Positions 8,251 through 23,000 of a DNA stretch of 61,115 nucleotides are shown one piece after another. The notes beneath the pieces are model-generated. The model searched no databases, was not told the DNA's origin, and worked only from the letters and a program-made list of their open reading frames with translations. The stretch covers positions 1 to 61,115 of the forward strand of contig JAYWIR010000152.1 of assembly GCA_036172245.1 (NCBI GenBank), read 5' to 3'. Positions within the stretch are counted from its first letter, which is position 1; every line of letters begins with the position of its first letter. Origin of the DNA: Raillietiella orientalis (lineage: Eukaryota). The position numbers and the translations under genes are program-made.

Positions 8251-11200
8251 TCATGATCCTCTGAAACCAAGAAATTGGGAGGCTCTTCGGCTCTCCATGA
8301 CAACAATTTGCCACTCACTGCAAATCGATGCTACGTGAAGAGGTGCAAAAGTGCAATGGTGAACTCTTCTGACTTCGAGTTGATTATAAAAGCTGAAAAG
8401 TGGCAAATTTCCACCAAATAATGAATCAGAGCGAAGGAGAAGATTGCCTTTCAAATTCCGACATTGGTTACCATGAAAACTACACAGAATGCAAAGTGCC
8501 ACGCCGCAATGAAATGTCGAACTCTTCTTAATGATGGTCTGAATCCAGGAAATAGGGAGGCTCAACGGCTCTCCATGACGGGAATGTGCCACTCACTCCA
8601 AATGGATGCTACGTGAAGAGGCGCAAAAGTGCAATGGTGAAATCTTCTGAATTCGAGTTCATTTCAAAACCTGAAAAGTCGCAAATTTCGACCAAATAAT
8701 GAATAAGAGCGAAAAAGAAGATTGCCTTTCAAATTCCAACATTGGTTACCATGAAAACAACACAGAATGCAAAGTGCCACGCCCTAATGAAATGTCGGAC
8801 TCCACCTAATGATCCTCTGAAACCAGGAAATTGGGAGGCTCTTCGGCTCTCCATGACAAGAATTTGCCACTCACTGCAAATCGATGCTACGTGAAGAGTC
8901 GCAAAAGTGCAATGGTGAAATCTTCTGAATTCGAGTTCATTTCAAAACCTGAAAAGTGGCACATTTGGACCAAATAATGAATCAGAGCGAAGGAGAAGAT
9001 TGCCTTTCAAATTCCGACATTGGTTACCATGAAAACAACACAGAATGCAAAGTGCCACGCCCTAATGAAATGTCGGACTCTTCTTAATGATCCTCTGAAT
9101 CCAGGAAATAGGGAGGCTCAGCGGCTCTCCATGACGGGAATGTGCCACTCACTCCAAATGGATGCTTCGTGAAGAGACGCAAAACTGCAATGGTGAAATC
9201 TTCTGAATTCGAGTTCATTTCAAAACCTGAAAAGTGGCAAATTTGGACCAAATAATGAATCAGAGCGAAGAAGATTGCCTTTCAAATTCCGACATTGGTT
9301 ACCATAAAAACAACACAGAATGCAAAGTGCTACGCCCTAATGAAATGTCGGACTCTTCTTAATGATCCTCTGAAACCAGGAAATTGGGAGGCTCTTCGGC
9401 TCTCCATGACAAGAATTTGCCACTCACTGCAAATCGATGCTACGTGAAGAGGCGCAAAAGTGCAATGGTGAAATCTTCTGAATTCGAGTTCATTTCAAAA
9501 CCTGAAAAGTCGCAAATTTCGACCAAATAATGAATAAGAGCGAAAAAGAAGATTGCCTTTCAAATTCCAACATTGGTTACCATGAAAACAACACAGAATG
9601 GAAAGTGCCACGCCCTAATGAAATGTCGGACTCTTCCTAATGATCCTCTGAAACCAGGAAATTGGGAGGCTCTTCGGCTCTCCATGACGGGAATTTGCCA
9701 CTCACTGCAAATCGATGCTACGTGCAGAGGTGCAAAAGTGCAATGGTGAAATCTTTTGACTTCGAGTTGATTACAAAAGCTGAAAAGTGGCAAATTTCGA
9801 CCAAATAATGAATAAGAGCGAAGGAGAAGATTGCCTTTCAAATTCCGACTTTCGTTAGCATGAAAACAACACAGAATGGAAAGTGCCACGCCCTAATGAA
9901 ATGTCGGACTCTTCTTAATGATCCTCTGAAACCAGGAAATTGGGAGGCTCTTCGGCTCTCCATGACGGGAATTTGCCACTCACTGCAAATGAATGCTTCG
10001 TGAAGAGGCGCAAAAGTGCAATGGTGAAATCTTTTGACTTCGAGTTGATTACAAAAGCTGAAAAGTGGCAAATTTAGGCCAAATAATGAATAAGAGCGAA
10101 GGAGAAGAATGCCTTTCAAATTCCGACTTTCGTTACCATGAAAACAAGACAGAATGCAAAGTGCGACGCCCTAATGAAATGTCGGACTCTTCTTAATGAT
10201 CCTCTGAAACCAGGAAATTGAGGCCCTTGGGCTCTCCATGACCGGAATTTGTCACTCACTGCAAATGGATGCTTCGTGAATTGGCGCAAAAGTGCAATGG
10301 TGAAATTTTTTGACTTCGAGTTGATTACAAAAGCTGAAAAGTGGCAAATTTAGGCCAAAGAATGAATAAGAGCGAAGGAGAAGAATCCCTTTCAAATTCC
10401 GACTTTCGTTACCATGAAAACAAGACAGAATGCAAAGTGCGACGCCCTAATGAAATGTCGGACTCTTCTTAATGATCCTCTGAAACCAGGAAATTGAGGC
10501 CCTTGGGCTCTCCATGACCGGAATTTGTCAATCACTGCAAATGGATGCTTCGTGAAGAGGCGCAAAAGTGCAATGGTGAAATCTTTTGACTTCGAGTTGA
10601 TTACAAAAGCTGAAAAATGGCAAATTTAGGCCAAATAATGAATCAGAGCGAAGGAGAAGATTGCCTTTCAAGTTCCGACATGGGTTACCATGAAAACAAC
10701 ACAGAATGCAAAGTGCCACGCCCTAATGAATATCGGACTCTTCTTAATGATCCTCTGAAACCAGGAAATTGGGAGGCTCTTCGGCTCTCCATGACAAGAA
10801 TTTGCCACTCACTGCAAATCGATGCTACGTGAAGAGGCGCAAAAGTGCAATGGTGAAATCTTCTGAATTCGAGTTCATTTCAAAACCTGAAAAGTCGCAA
10901 ATTTCGACCAAATAATGAATAAGAGCGAAAAAGAAGATTGCCTTTCAAATTCCAACATTGGTTACCATGAAAACAACACAGAATGCAAAGTGCCACGCCC
11001 TAATGAATATCGGACTCTTCTTAATGATCCTCTGAAACCAGGAAATTGGGAGGCTCTTCGGCTCTCCATGACGGGAATTTGCCACTCACTGCAAATCGAT
11101 GCTACGTGAAGAGGCGCAAAAGTGCAATGGTGAAATCTTCTGAATTCGAGTTCATTACAAAACCTGAAAAGTGGCAAATTTGGACCAAATAATGAATCAG

Positions 11201-14200
11201 AGCGAAGAAGATTGCCTTTCAAATTCCGACATTGGTTACCATAAAAACAACACAGAATGCAAAGTGCTACGCCCTAATGAAATGTCGGACTCTTCTTAAT
11301 GATCCTCTGAAACCAGGAAATTGGGAGGCTCTTCGGCTCTCCATGACGGGAATTTGCCACTCACTGCAAATGGATGCTTCGTGAAGAGGCGCAAAAGTGC
11401 AATGGTGAAATCTTTTGACTTCGAGTTGATTACAAAAGCTGAAAAGTGGCAAATTTAGGCCAAATAATGAATAAGAGCGAAGGAGAAGAATGCCTTTCAA
11501 ATTCCGACTTTCGTTACCATGAAAACAAGACAGAATGCAAAGTGCCACGCCCTAATAAATGTCGGACTCTTCATAATGATCCCCTGAAACCAGGAAATTG
11601 GGAGGCTCTTCGGCTCTCCATGACGGGAATTTGCCACTCACTGCAAATCGATGCTACGTGAAGAGGCGCAAAAGTGCAATGGTGAAATCTTTTGACTTCG
11701 AGTTGATTACAAAAGCTGAAAAGTGGCAAATTTAGGCCAAATAATGAATAAGAGCGAAGGAGAAGAATGCCTTTCAAATTCCGACTTTCGTTACCATGAA
11801 AACAAGACAGAATGCAAAGTGCGACGCCCTAATGAAATGTCGGACTCTTCTTAATGATCCTCTGAAACCAGGAAATTGAGGCCCTTGGGCTCTCCATGAC
11901 CGGAATTTGTCACTCACTGCAAATGGATGCTTCGTGAAGAGGCGCAAAAGTGCAATGGTGAAATTTTTTGACTTCGAGTTGATTACAAAAGCTGAAAAGT
12001 GGCAAATTTAGGCCAAATAATGAATAAGAGCGAAGGAGAAGAATCCCTTTCAAATTCCGACTTTCGTTACCATGAAAACAACACAGAATGCAAAGTGCCA
12101 CGCCCTAATGAATATCGGACTCTTCTTAATGATCCTCTGAAACCAGGAAATTGGGAGGCTCTTCGGCTCTCCATGACGGGAATTTGCCACTCACTGCAAA
12201 TCGATGCTACGTGCAGAGGCGCAAAACTGCAATGGTGAAATCTTCTGAATTCGATTTCATTTCAAAACCTGAAAAGTGGCAAATTTTGACCAAATAATGA
12301 ATAAGAGCGAAGGAGAAGATTGCCTTTCACATTCCAACATTGGTTACCATGAAAACCACACAGAATGCAAAGTGCCACGCCCTAATGAAATGTGGGACTC
12401 TTCCTCATGATCCTCTGAAACCAAGAAATTGGGAGGCTCTTCGGCTCTCCATGACAACAATTTGCCACTCACTGCAAATCGATGCTACGTGAAGAGGTGC
12501 AAAAGTGCAATGGTGAACTCTTCTGACTTCGAGTTGATTATAAAAGCTGAAAAGTGGCAAATTTCCACCAAATAATGAATCAGAGCGAAGGAGAAGATTG
12601 CCTTTCAAATTCCGACATTGGTTACCATGAAAACTACACAGAATGCAAAGTGCCACGCCGCAATGAAATGTCGAACTCTTCTTAATGATGCTCTGAATCC
12701 AGGAAATAGGGAGGCTCAACGGCTCTCCATGACGGGAATGTGCCACTCACTCCAAATGGATGCTACGTGAAGAGGCGCAAAAGTGCAATGGTGAAATCTT
12801 CTGAATTCGAGTTCATTTCAAAACCTGAAAAGTCGCAAATTTCGACCAAATAATGAATAAGAGCGAAAAAGAAGATTGCCTTTCAAATTCCAACATTGGT
12901 TACCATGAAAACAACACAGAATGCAAAGTGCCACGCCCTAATGAAATGTCGGACTCTTCTTAATGATCCTCTGAAACCAGGAAATTGGGAGGCTCTTCGG
13001 CTCTCCATGACGGGAATTTGCCACTCACTGCAAATGGATGCTTCGTGAAGAGGCGCAAAAATGCAATGGTGAAATCTTGTGACTTCGAGATCATTACAAA
13101 AGCTGAAAAGTGGCAAATTAGGACCAAATAATGAATAAGAGCGAAGGAGAAGATTGCCTTTCAAATTCCGACATTGGTTACCATGAAAACAACACAGAAT
13201 GCAAAGTGCCACGCCCTAATGAAATGTCGGACTCTTCTTAATGATCCTCTGAATCCAGGAAATAGGGAGGCTCAGCGGCTCTCCATGACGGGAATGTGCC
13301 ACTCACTCCAAATGGATGCTTCGTGAAGAGACGCAAAACTGCAATGGTGAAATCTTCTGAATTCGAGTTCATTTCAAAACCTGAAAAGTGGCAAATTTGG
13401 ACCAAATAATGAATCAGAGCGAAGAAGATTGCCTTTCAAATTCCGACATTGGTTACCATAAAAACAACACAGAATGCAAAGTGCTACGCCCTAATGAAAT
13501 GTCGGACTCTTCTTAATGATCCTCTGAAACCAGGAAATTGGGAGGCTCTTCGGCTCTCCGTGACAAGAATTTGCCACTCACTGCAAATCGATGCTACGTG
13601 AAGAGGCGCAAAAGTGCAATGGTGAAATCTTCTGAATTCGAGTTCATTTCAAAACCTGAAAAGTCGCAAATTTCGACCAAATAATGAATAAGAGCGAAAA
13701 AGAAGATTGCCTTTCAAATTCCAACATTGGTTACCATGAAAACAACACAGAATGGAAAGTGCCACGCCCTAATGAAATGTCGGACTCTTCCTAATGATCC
13801 TCTGAAACCAGGAAATTGGGAGGCTCTTCGGCTCTCCATGACGGGAATTTGCCACTCACTGCAAATCGATGCTACGTGCAGAGGTGCAAAAGTGCAATGG
13901 TGAAATCTTTTGACTTCGAGTTGATTACAAAAGCTGAAAAGTGGCAAATTTCGACCAAATAATGAATAAGAGCGAAGGAGAAGATTGCCTTTCAAATTCC
14001 GACTTTCGTTAGCATGAAAACAACACAGAATGGAAAGTGCCACGCCCTAATGAAATGTCGGACTCTTGTTAATGATCCCCTGAAACCAGGAAATTGGGAG
14101 GCTCTTCGGCTCTCCATGACGGGAATTTTGCCACTCACTGCAAATGAATGCTTCGTGAAGAGGCGCAAAAGTGCAATGGTGAAATCTTTTGACTTCGAGT

Positions 14201-17200
14201 TGATTACAAAAGCTGAAAAGTGGCAAATTTAGGCCAAATAATGAATAAGAGCGAAGGAGAAGAATGCCTTTCAAATTCCGACTTTCGTTACCATGAAAAC
14301 AAGACAGAATGCAAAGTGCGACGCCCTAATGAAATGTCGGACTCTTCTTAATGATCCTCTGAAACCAGGAAATTGAGGCCCTTGGGCTCTCCATGACCGG
14401 AATTTGTCACTCACTGCAAATGGATGCTTCGTGAATTGGCGCAAAAGTGCAATGGTGAAATTTTTTGACTTCGAGTTGATTACAAAAGCTGAAAAGTGGC
14501 AAATTTAGGCCAAATAATGAATAAGAGCGAAGGAGAAGAATCCCTTTCAAATTCCGACTTTCGTTACCATGAAAACAAGACAGAATGCAAAGTGCGACGC
14601 CCTAATGAAATGTCGGACTCTTCTTAATGATCCTCTGAAACCAGGAAATTGAGGCCCTTGGGCTCTCCATGACCGGAATTTGTCACTCACTGCAAATGGA
14701 TGCTTCGTGAAGAGGCGCAAAAGTGCAATGGTGAAATCTTTTGACTTCGAGTTGATTACAAAAGCTGAAAAATGGCAAATTTGGGCCAAATAATGAATCA
14801 GAGCGAAGGAGAAGATTGCCTTTCAAGTTCCGACATGGGTTACCATGAAAACAACACAGAATGCAAAGTGCCACGCCCTAATGAATATCGGACTCTTCTT
14901 AATGATCCTCTGAAACCAGGAAATTGGGAGGCTCTTCGGCTCTCCATGACAAGAATTTGCCACTCACTGCAAATCGATGCTACGTGAAGAGGCGCAAAAG
15001 TGCAATGGTGAAATCTTCTGAATTCGAGTTCATTTCAAAACCTGAAAAGTCGCAAATTTCGACCAAATAATGAATAAGAGCGAAAAAGAAGATTGCCTTT
15101 CAAATTCCAACATTGGTTACCATGAAAACAACACAGAATGCAAAGTGCCACGCCCTAATGAATATCGGACTCTTCTTAATGATCCTCTGAAACTAGGAAA
15201 TTGGGAGGCTCTTCGGCTCTCCATGACGGGAATTTGCCACTCACTGCAAATCGATGCTACGTGAAGAGGCGCAAAAGTGCAATGGTGAAATCTTCTGAAT
15301 TCGATTTCATTTCAAAACCTGAAAAGTCGCAAATTTCGACCAAATAATGAATAAGAGCGAAAAAGAAGATTGCCTTTCAAATTCCAACATTGGTTACCAT
15401 GAAAACAACACAGAATGCAAAGTGCCACGCCCTAATGAATATCGGACTCTTCTTAATGATCCTCTGAAACCAGGAAATTGGGAGGCTCTTCGGCTCTCCG
15501 TGACAAGAATTTGCCACTCACTGCAAATCGATGCTACGTGAAGAGGCGCAAAAGTGCAATGGTGAAATCTTCTGAATTCGATTTCATTTCAAAACCTGAA
15601 AAGTGGCAAATTTTGACCAAATAATGAATCAGAGCGAAGAAGATTGCCTATCAAATTCCGACATTGGTTACCATAAAAACAACACAGAATGCAAAGTGCT
15701 ACGCCGTAATGAAATGTCGGACTCTTCTTAATGATCCTCTGAAACCAGGAAATTGGGAGGCTCTTCGGCTCTCCGTGACAAGAATTTGCCACTCACTGCA
15801 AATCGATGCTACGTGAAGAGGCGCAAAAGTGCAATGGTGAAATCTTTTGACTTCGAGTTGATTACAAAAGCTGAAAAGTGGCAAATTTAGGCCAAATAAT
15901 GAATAAGAGCGAAGGAGAAGAATGCCTTTCAAATTCCGACTTTCGTGACCATGAAAACAAGACAGAATGCAAAGTGCGACGCCCTAATGAAATGTCGGAC
16001 TCTTCTTAATGATCCTCTGAAACCAGGAAATTGAGGCCCTTGGGCTCTCCATGACCGGAATTTGTCACTCACTGCAAATGGATGCTTCGTGAATTGGCGC
16101 AAAAGTGCAATGGTGAAATTTTTTGACTTCGAGTTGATTACAAAAGCTGAAAAGTGGCAAATTTAGGCCAAATAATGAATAAGAGCGAAGGAGAAGAATC
16201 CCTTTCAAATTCCGACTTTCGTTACCATGAAAACAACACAGAATGCAAAGTGCCACGCCCTAATGAATATCGGACTCTTCTTAATGATCCTCTGAAACCA
16301 GGAAATTGGGAGGCTCTTCGGCTCTCCATGACGGGAATTTGCCACTCACTGCAAATCGATGCTACGTGCAGAGGCGCAAAACTGCAATGGTGAAATCTTC
16401 TGAATTCGATTTCATTTCAAAACCTGAAAAGTGGCAAATTTTGACCAAATAATGAATAAGAGCGAAGGAGAAGATTGCCTTTCACATTCCAACATTGGTT
16501 ACCATGAAAACAACACAGAATGCAAAGTGCCACGCCCTAATGAAATGTGGGACTCTTCCTCATGATCCTCTGAAACCAAGAAATTGGGAGGCTCTTCGGC
16601 TCTCCATGACAACAATTTGCCACTCACTGCAAATCGATGCTACGTGAAGAGGTGCAAAAGTGCAATGGTGAACTCTTCTGACTTCGAGTTGATTATAAAA
16701 GCTGAAAAGTGGCAAATTTCCACCAAATAATGAATCAGAGCGAAGGAGAAGATTGCCTTTCAAATTCCGACATTGGTTACCATGAAAACTACACAGAATG
16801 CAAAGTGCCACGCCGCAATGAAATGTCGAACTCTTCTTAATGATGGTCTGAATCCAGGAAATAGGGAGGCTCAACGGCTCTCCATGACGGGAATGTGCCA
16901 CTCACTCCAAATGGATGCTACGTGAAGAGGCGCAAAAGTGCAATGGTGAAATCTTCTGAATTCGAGTTCATTTCAAAACCTGAAAAGTCGCAAATTTCGA
17001 CCAAATAATGAATAAGAGCGAAAAAGAAGATTGCCTTTCAAATTCCAACATTGGTTACCATGAAAACAACACAGAATGCAAAGTGCCACGCCCTAATGAA
17101 ATGTCGGACTCCACCTAATGATCCTCTGAAACCAGGAAATTGGGAGGCTCTTCGGCTCTCCATGACAAGAATTTGCCACTCACTGCAAATCGATGCTACG

Positions 17201-17500
17201 TGAAGAGTCGCAAAAGTGCAATGGTGAAATCTTCTGAATTCGAGTTCATTTCAAAACCTGAAAAGTGGCACATTTGGACCAAATAATGAATCAGAGCGAA
17301 GGAGAAGATTGCCTTTCAAATTCCGACATTGGTTACCATGAAAACTACACAGAATGCAAAGTGCCACGCCGCAATGAAATGTCGAACTCTTCTTAATGAT
17401 GGTGTGAATCCAGGAAATAGGGAGGCTCAACGGCTCTCCATGACGGGAATGTGCCACTCACTCCAAATGGATGCTACGTGAAGAGGCGCAAAAGTGCAAT
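8251..17500. repeat. Imperfect ~4154 bp (15-monomer) higher-order repeat, a little over 2 units
   Basis: Diagnostic variants recur at 4154-4155 bp: TCATGATCC ~8251/12406/16560; AAACTACACAG ~8478/12632/16787; TGTGGGACTC 12391/16546. ORF-track pairs 9560/13714 and 11999/16154. Confidence 0.8.
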
Positions 17501-20033
17501 GGTGAAATCTTCTGAATTCGAGTTCATTTCAAAACCTGAAAAGTCGCAGAGTTACCATGAAAACAACACAGAATGCAAAGTGCCACGCCCTAATGAAATG
17601 TCGTACTCTTCCTAATGATCCTCTGAAACCAGGAAATTGGGAGGCTCTTCGGCTCTCCATGACAAGAATTTGCCACTCACTGCAAAACGATGCTTCGTGA
17701 AGAGGTGCAAAAGTGCAATGGTGAAATCTTTTGACTTCGAGTTGATTACAAAAGCTGAAAAGTGGCAAATTTCGACCAAATAATGAATAAGAGCGAAGGA
17801 GAAGATTGCCTTTAGAATTCCGACTTTCGTTAGCATGAAAACAACACAGAATGGAAAGTGCCACGCCCTAATGAAATGTCGGACTCTTGTTAATGATCCC
17901 CTGAAACCAGGAAATTGGGAGGCTCTTCGGCTCTCCATGACGGGAATTTTGCCACTCACTGCAAAGGAATGCTTCGTGAAGAGGCGCAAAAGTGCAATGG
18001 TGAAATCTTTTGACTTCGACTTGATTACAAAAGCTGAAAAGTGGCAAATTTAGGCCAAATAATGAATAAGAGCGAAGGAGAAGAATGCCTTTCAAATTCC
18101 GACTTTCGTTAGCATGAAAACAAGACAGAATGCAAAGTGCGACGCCCTAATAAAATGTCGGACTCTTCTTAATGATCCTCTGAAACCAGGAACTTGAGGC
18201 CCTTGGGATCTCCATGACCGGAATTTGTCACTCACTGCAAATGGATGCTTCGTGCAGAGGCGCAAAAGTGCAATGGTGAAATCTTTTGACTTCGAGTTGA
18301 TTACAAAAGCTGAAAAGTGGCAAATTTAGGCCACATAATGAATAAGAGCGAAGGAGAAGAATGCCTTTCAAATTCCGACTTTCGTTACCATGAAAACAAG
18401 ACAGAACGCAAAGTGCGACGCCCTAATGAAATGTCGGACTCTTCTTAATGATCCTCTGAAACCAGGAAATTGAGGCCCTTGGGCTCTCCATGACCGGAAT
18501 TTTTCACTCACTGCAAATGGATGCTTTGTGAAGAGGCGCAAAAGTGCAATGGTGAAATCTTTTGACTTCGAGTTGATTACAAAAGCTGAAAAGTGGCAAA
18601 TTTAGGCCAAATAATGAATAAGAGCGAAGGAGAAGAATGCCTTTCAAATTCCGACTTTCGTTACCATGAAAACAAGACAGAATGCAAAGTGCGACGCCCT
18701 AATGAAATGTCGGACTCTTCTTAATGATCCTCTGAAACCAGGAAATTGGGAGGCTCTTCGGCTCTCCATGACAACAATTTGCCACTCACTGCAAATCGAT
18801 GCTACGTGAAGAGGTGCAAAAGTGCAATGGTGAAATCTTCTGACTTCGAGTTGATTACAAAAGCTGAAAAGTGGCAAATTTTGACCAAATAATGAATAAG
18901 AGCGAAGGAGAAGATTGCCTTTCACATTCCAACATTGGTTACCATGAAAACAACACAGAATGCAAAGTGCCACGCCCTAATGAAATGTCGGACTCTTCCT
19001 AATGATCCTCTGAAACCAAGAAATTGGGAGGCTCTTCGGCTCTCCATGACAACAATTTGCCACTCACTGCAAATCGATGCTACGTGAAGAGGTGCAAAAG
19101 TGCAATGGTGAACTCTTCTGACTTCGAGTTGATTATAAAAGCTGAAAAGTGGCAAATTTCCACCAAATAATGAATCAGAGCGAAGGAGAAGATTGCCTTT
19201 CAAATTCCGACATTGGTTACCATGAAAACAACACAGAATGCAAAGTGCCACGCCCCAATGAAATGTCGAACTCTTCTTAATGATGCTCTGAATCCAGGAA
19301 ATAGGGAGGCTCAACGGCTCTCCATGACGGGAATGTGCCACTCACTCCAAATGGATGCTACGTGAAGAGGCGCAAAAGTGCAATGGTGAAATCTTCTGAA
19401 TTCGAGTTCATTTCAAAACCTGAAAAGTCGCAAATTTCGACCAAATAATGAATAAGAGCGAAAAAGAAGATTGCCTTTCAAATTCCAACATTGGTTACCA
19501 TGAAAACAACACAGAATGCAAAGTGCCACGCCCTAATGAAATGTCGGACTCCTCCTAATGATCCTCTGAAACCAGGAAATTAGGAGGCTCTTCGGCTCTC
19601 CATGACAAGAATTTGCCACTCACTGCAAATCGATGCTACGTGAAGAGGTGCAAAAGTGCAATGGTGAAATCTTCTGAATTCGAGTTCATTTCAAAACCTG
19701 AAAAGTCGCAAATTTCGACCAAATAATGAATAAGAGCGAAAAAGAAGATTGCCTTTCAAATTCCAACATTGGTTACCATGAAAACAACACAGAATGCAAA
19801 GTGCCACGCCCTAATGAAATGTCGGACTCTTCCTAATGATCCTCTGAAACCAGGAAATTGGGAGGCTCTTCGGCTCTCCATGACAAGAATTTGCCACTCA
19901 CTGCAAATCGATGCTACGTGAAGAGGCGCAAAAGTGCAATGGTGAAATCTTCTGAATTCGAGTTCATTTCAAAACCTGAAAAGTCGGAAATTTCGACCAA
20001 ATAATGAATAAGAGCGAAAAAGAAGATTGCCTT

Positions 20034-23000
20034 TCAAATTCCAACATTGGTTGCCATGAAAACAACACAGAATGGAAAGTGCCACGCCCTAATGAAATGT
20101 CGGACTCTTCCTAATGATCCTCTGAAACCAGGAAATTGGGAGGCTCTTCGGCTCTCCATGACGGGAATTTGCCACTCACTGCAAATCGATGCTACGTGCA
20201 GAGGTGCAAAAGTGCAATGGTGAAATCTTTTGACTTCGAGTTGATTACAAAAGCTGAAAAGTGGCAAATTTCGACCAAATAATGAATAAGAGCGAAGGAG
20301 AAGATTGCCTTTCAAATTCCGACTTTCGTTAGCATGAAAACAACACAGAATGGAAAGTGCCACGCCCTAATGAAATGTCGGACTCTTGTTAATGATCCCC
20401 TGAAACCAGGAAATTGGGAGGCTCTTCGGCTCTCCATGACGGGAATTTCGCCACTCACTGCAAATGAATGCTTCGTGAAGAGGCGCAAAAGTGCAATGGT
20501 GAAATCTTTTGACTTCGAGTTGATTACAAAAGCAGAAAAGTGGCAAATTTAGGCCAAATAATGAATAAGAGCGAAGGAGAAGAATGCCTTTCAAATTCCG
20601 ACTTTCGTTACCATGAAAACAAGACAGAATGCAAAGTGCGACGCCCTAATAAAATGTCGGACTCTTCTTAATGATCCTCTGAAACCAGGAACTTGAGGCC
20701 CTTGGGATCTCCATGACCGGAATTTGTCACTCACTGCAAATGGATGCTTCGTGCAGAGGCGCAAAAGTGCAATGGTGAAATCTTTTGACATCGAGTTGAT
20801 TACAAAAGCTGAAAAGTGGCAAATTTAGGCCACATAATGAATAAGAGCGAAGGAGAAGAATGCCTTTCAAATTCCGACTTTCGTTACCATGAAAACAAGA
20901 CAGAATGCAAAGTGCGACGCCCTAATGAAATGTCGGACTCTTCTTAATGATCCTCTGAAACCAGGAAATTGAGGCCCTTGGGCTCTCCATGACCGGAATT
21001 TTTCACTCACTGCAAATGGATGCTTCGTGAAGAGGCGCAAAAGTGCAATGGTGAAATCTTTTGACTTCGAGTTGATTACAAAAGCTGAAAAGTGGCAAAT
21101 TTAGGCCAAATAATGAATAAGAGCGAAGGAGAAGAATGCCTTTCAAATTCCGACTTTCGTTACCATGAAAACAAGACAGAATGCAAAGTGCGACGCCTAA
21201 TAAAATGTCGGACTCTTCTTAATGATCCTCTGAAACCAGGAAATTGAGGCCCTTGGGCTCTCCATGACCGGAATTTGTCACTCACTGCAAATGGATGCTT
21301 CGTGAAGAGGCGCAAAAGTGCAATGGTGAAATCTTTTGACTTCGAGTTGATTACAAAAGCTGAAAGTGGCAAATTTAGGCCAAATAATGAATAAGAGCGA
21401 AGGAGAAGAATGCCTTTCAAATTCCGACTTTCGTTCATGAAAACAAGACAGAATGCAAAGTGCGACGCCCTAATGAAATGTCGGACTCTTCTTAATGATC
21501 CTCTGAAACCAGGAAATTGAGGCCCTTGGGCTCTCCATGACCGGAATTTGTCACTCACTGCAAATGGATGCTTCGTGAAGAGGCGCAAAAGTGCAATGGT
21601 GAAATCTTTTGACTTCGAGTTCATTACAAAAGCTAAAAAGTGGCAAATTTAGGCCAAATAATGAATAAGAGCGAAGGAGAAGAATGCCTTTCAAATTCCG
21701 ACTTTCGTTACCATGAAAACAAGACAGAATGCAAAGTGCGACACCCTAATGAAATGTCGGACTCTTCTTAATGATCCTCTGAAACCAGGAAATTGAGGCC
21801 CTTCGGCTCTCCATGACGGGAATTTGCCACTCACTGCAAATGGATGCTTCGTGAAGAGGCGCAAATGTACAATGGTGAAATCTTCTGACTTGGAGTTCAT
21901 TAGTAAACCTGAAAAGTGGCAAATTTGGACCAAATAATGAATCAGAGCGAAGAAGATTGCCTTTCAAATTCCGACATTGGTTACCATAAAAAAACACAGA
22001 ATGCAAAGTGCTACGCCCTAATGAAATGTCGGACTCTTCTTAATGATGCTCTGAATCCAGGAAATAGGGAGGCTCAACGGCTCTCCATGACGGGAATGTG
22101 CCACTCACTCCAAATGGATGCTTCGTGAAGAGACGCAAAAGTGCAATGGTGAAATCTTCTGAATTCGAGTTCATTTCAAAACCTGAAAAGTGGCAAATTT
22201 GGACCAAATAATGAATCAGAGCGAAGAAGATTGCCTTTCAAATTCCGACATTGGTTACCATAAAAACAACACAGAATGCAAAGTGCTACGCCCTAATGAA
22301 ATGTCGGACTCTTCTTAATGATCCTCTGAAACCAGGAAATTGGGAGGCTCTTCGGCTCTCCATGACAAGAATTTGCCACTCACTGCAAATCGATGCTACG
22401 TGAAGACGCGCAAAAGTGCAATGGTGAAATCTTCTGAATTCGAGTTCATTTCAAAACCTGAAAAGTCGCAAATTTCGACCAAATAATGAATAAGAGCGAA
22501 AAAGAAGATTGCCTTTCAAATTCCAACATTGGTTACCATGAAAACAACACAGAATGCAAAGTGCCACGCCCTAATGAAATGTCGGACTCCTCCTAATGAT
22601 CCTCTGAAACCAGGAAATTGGGAGGCTCTTCGGCTCTCCATGACAAGAATTTGCCACTCACTGCAAATCGATGCTACGTGAAGAGTCGCAAAAGTGCAAT
22701 GGTGAAATCTTCTGAATTCGAGTTCATTTCAAAACCTGAAAAGTCGCAAATTTCGACCAAATAATGAATAAGAGCGAAAAAGAAGATTGCCTTTCAAATT
22801 CCAACATTGGTTACCATGAAAACAACACAGAATGGAAAGTGCCACGCCCTAATGAAATGTCGGACTCTTCCTAATGATCCTCTGAAACCAGGAAATTGGG
22901 AGGCTCTTCGGCTCTCCATGACGGGAATTTGCCACTCACTGCAAATCGATGCTACGTGCAGAGGTGCAAAAGTGCAATGGTGAAATCTTTTGACTTCGAG

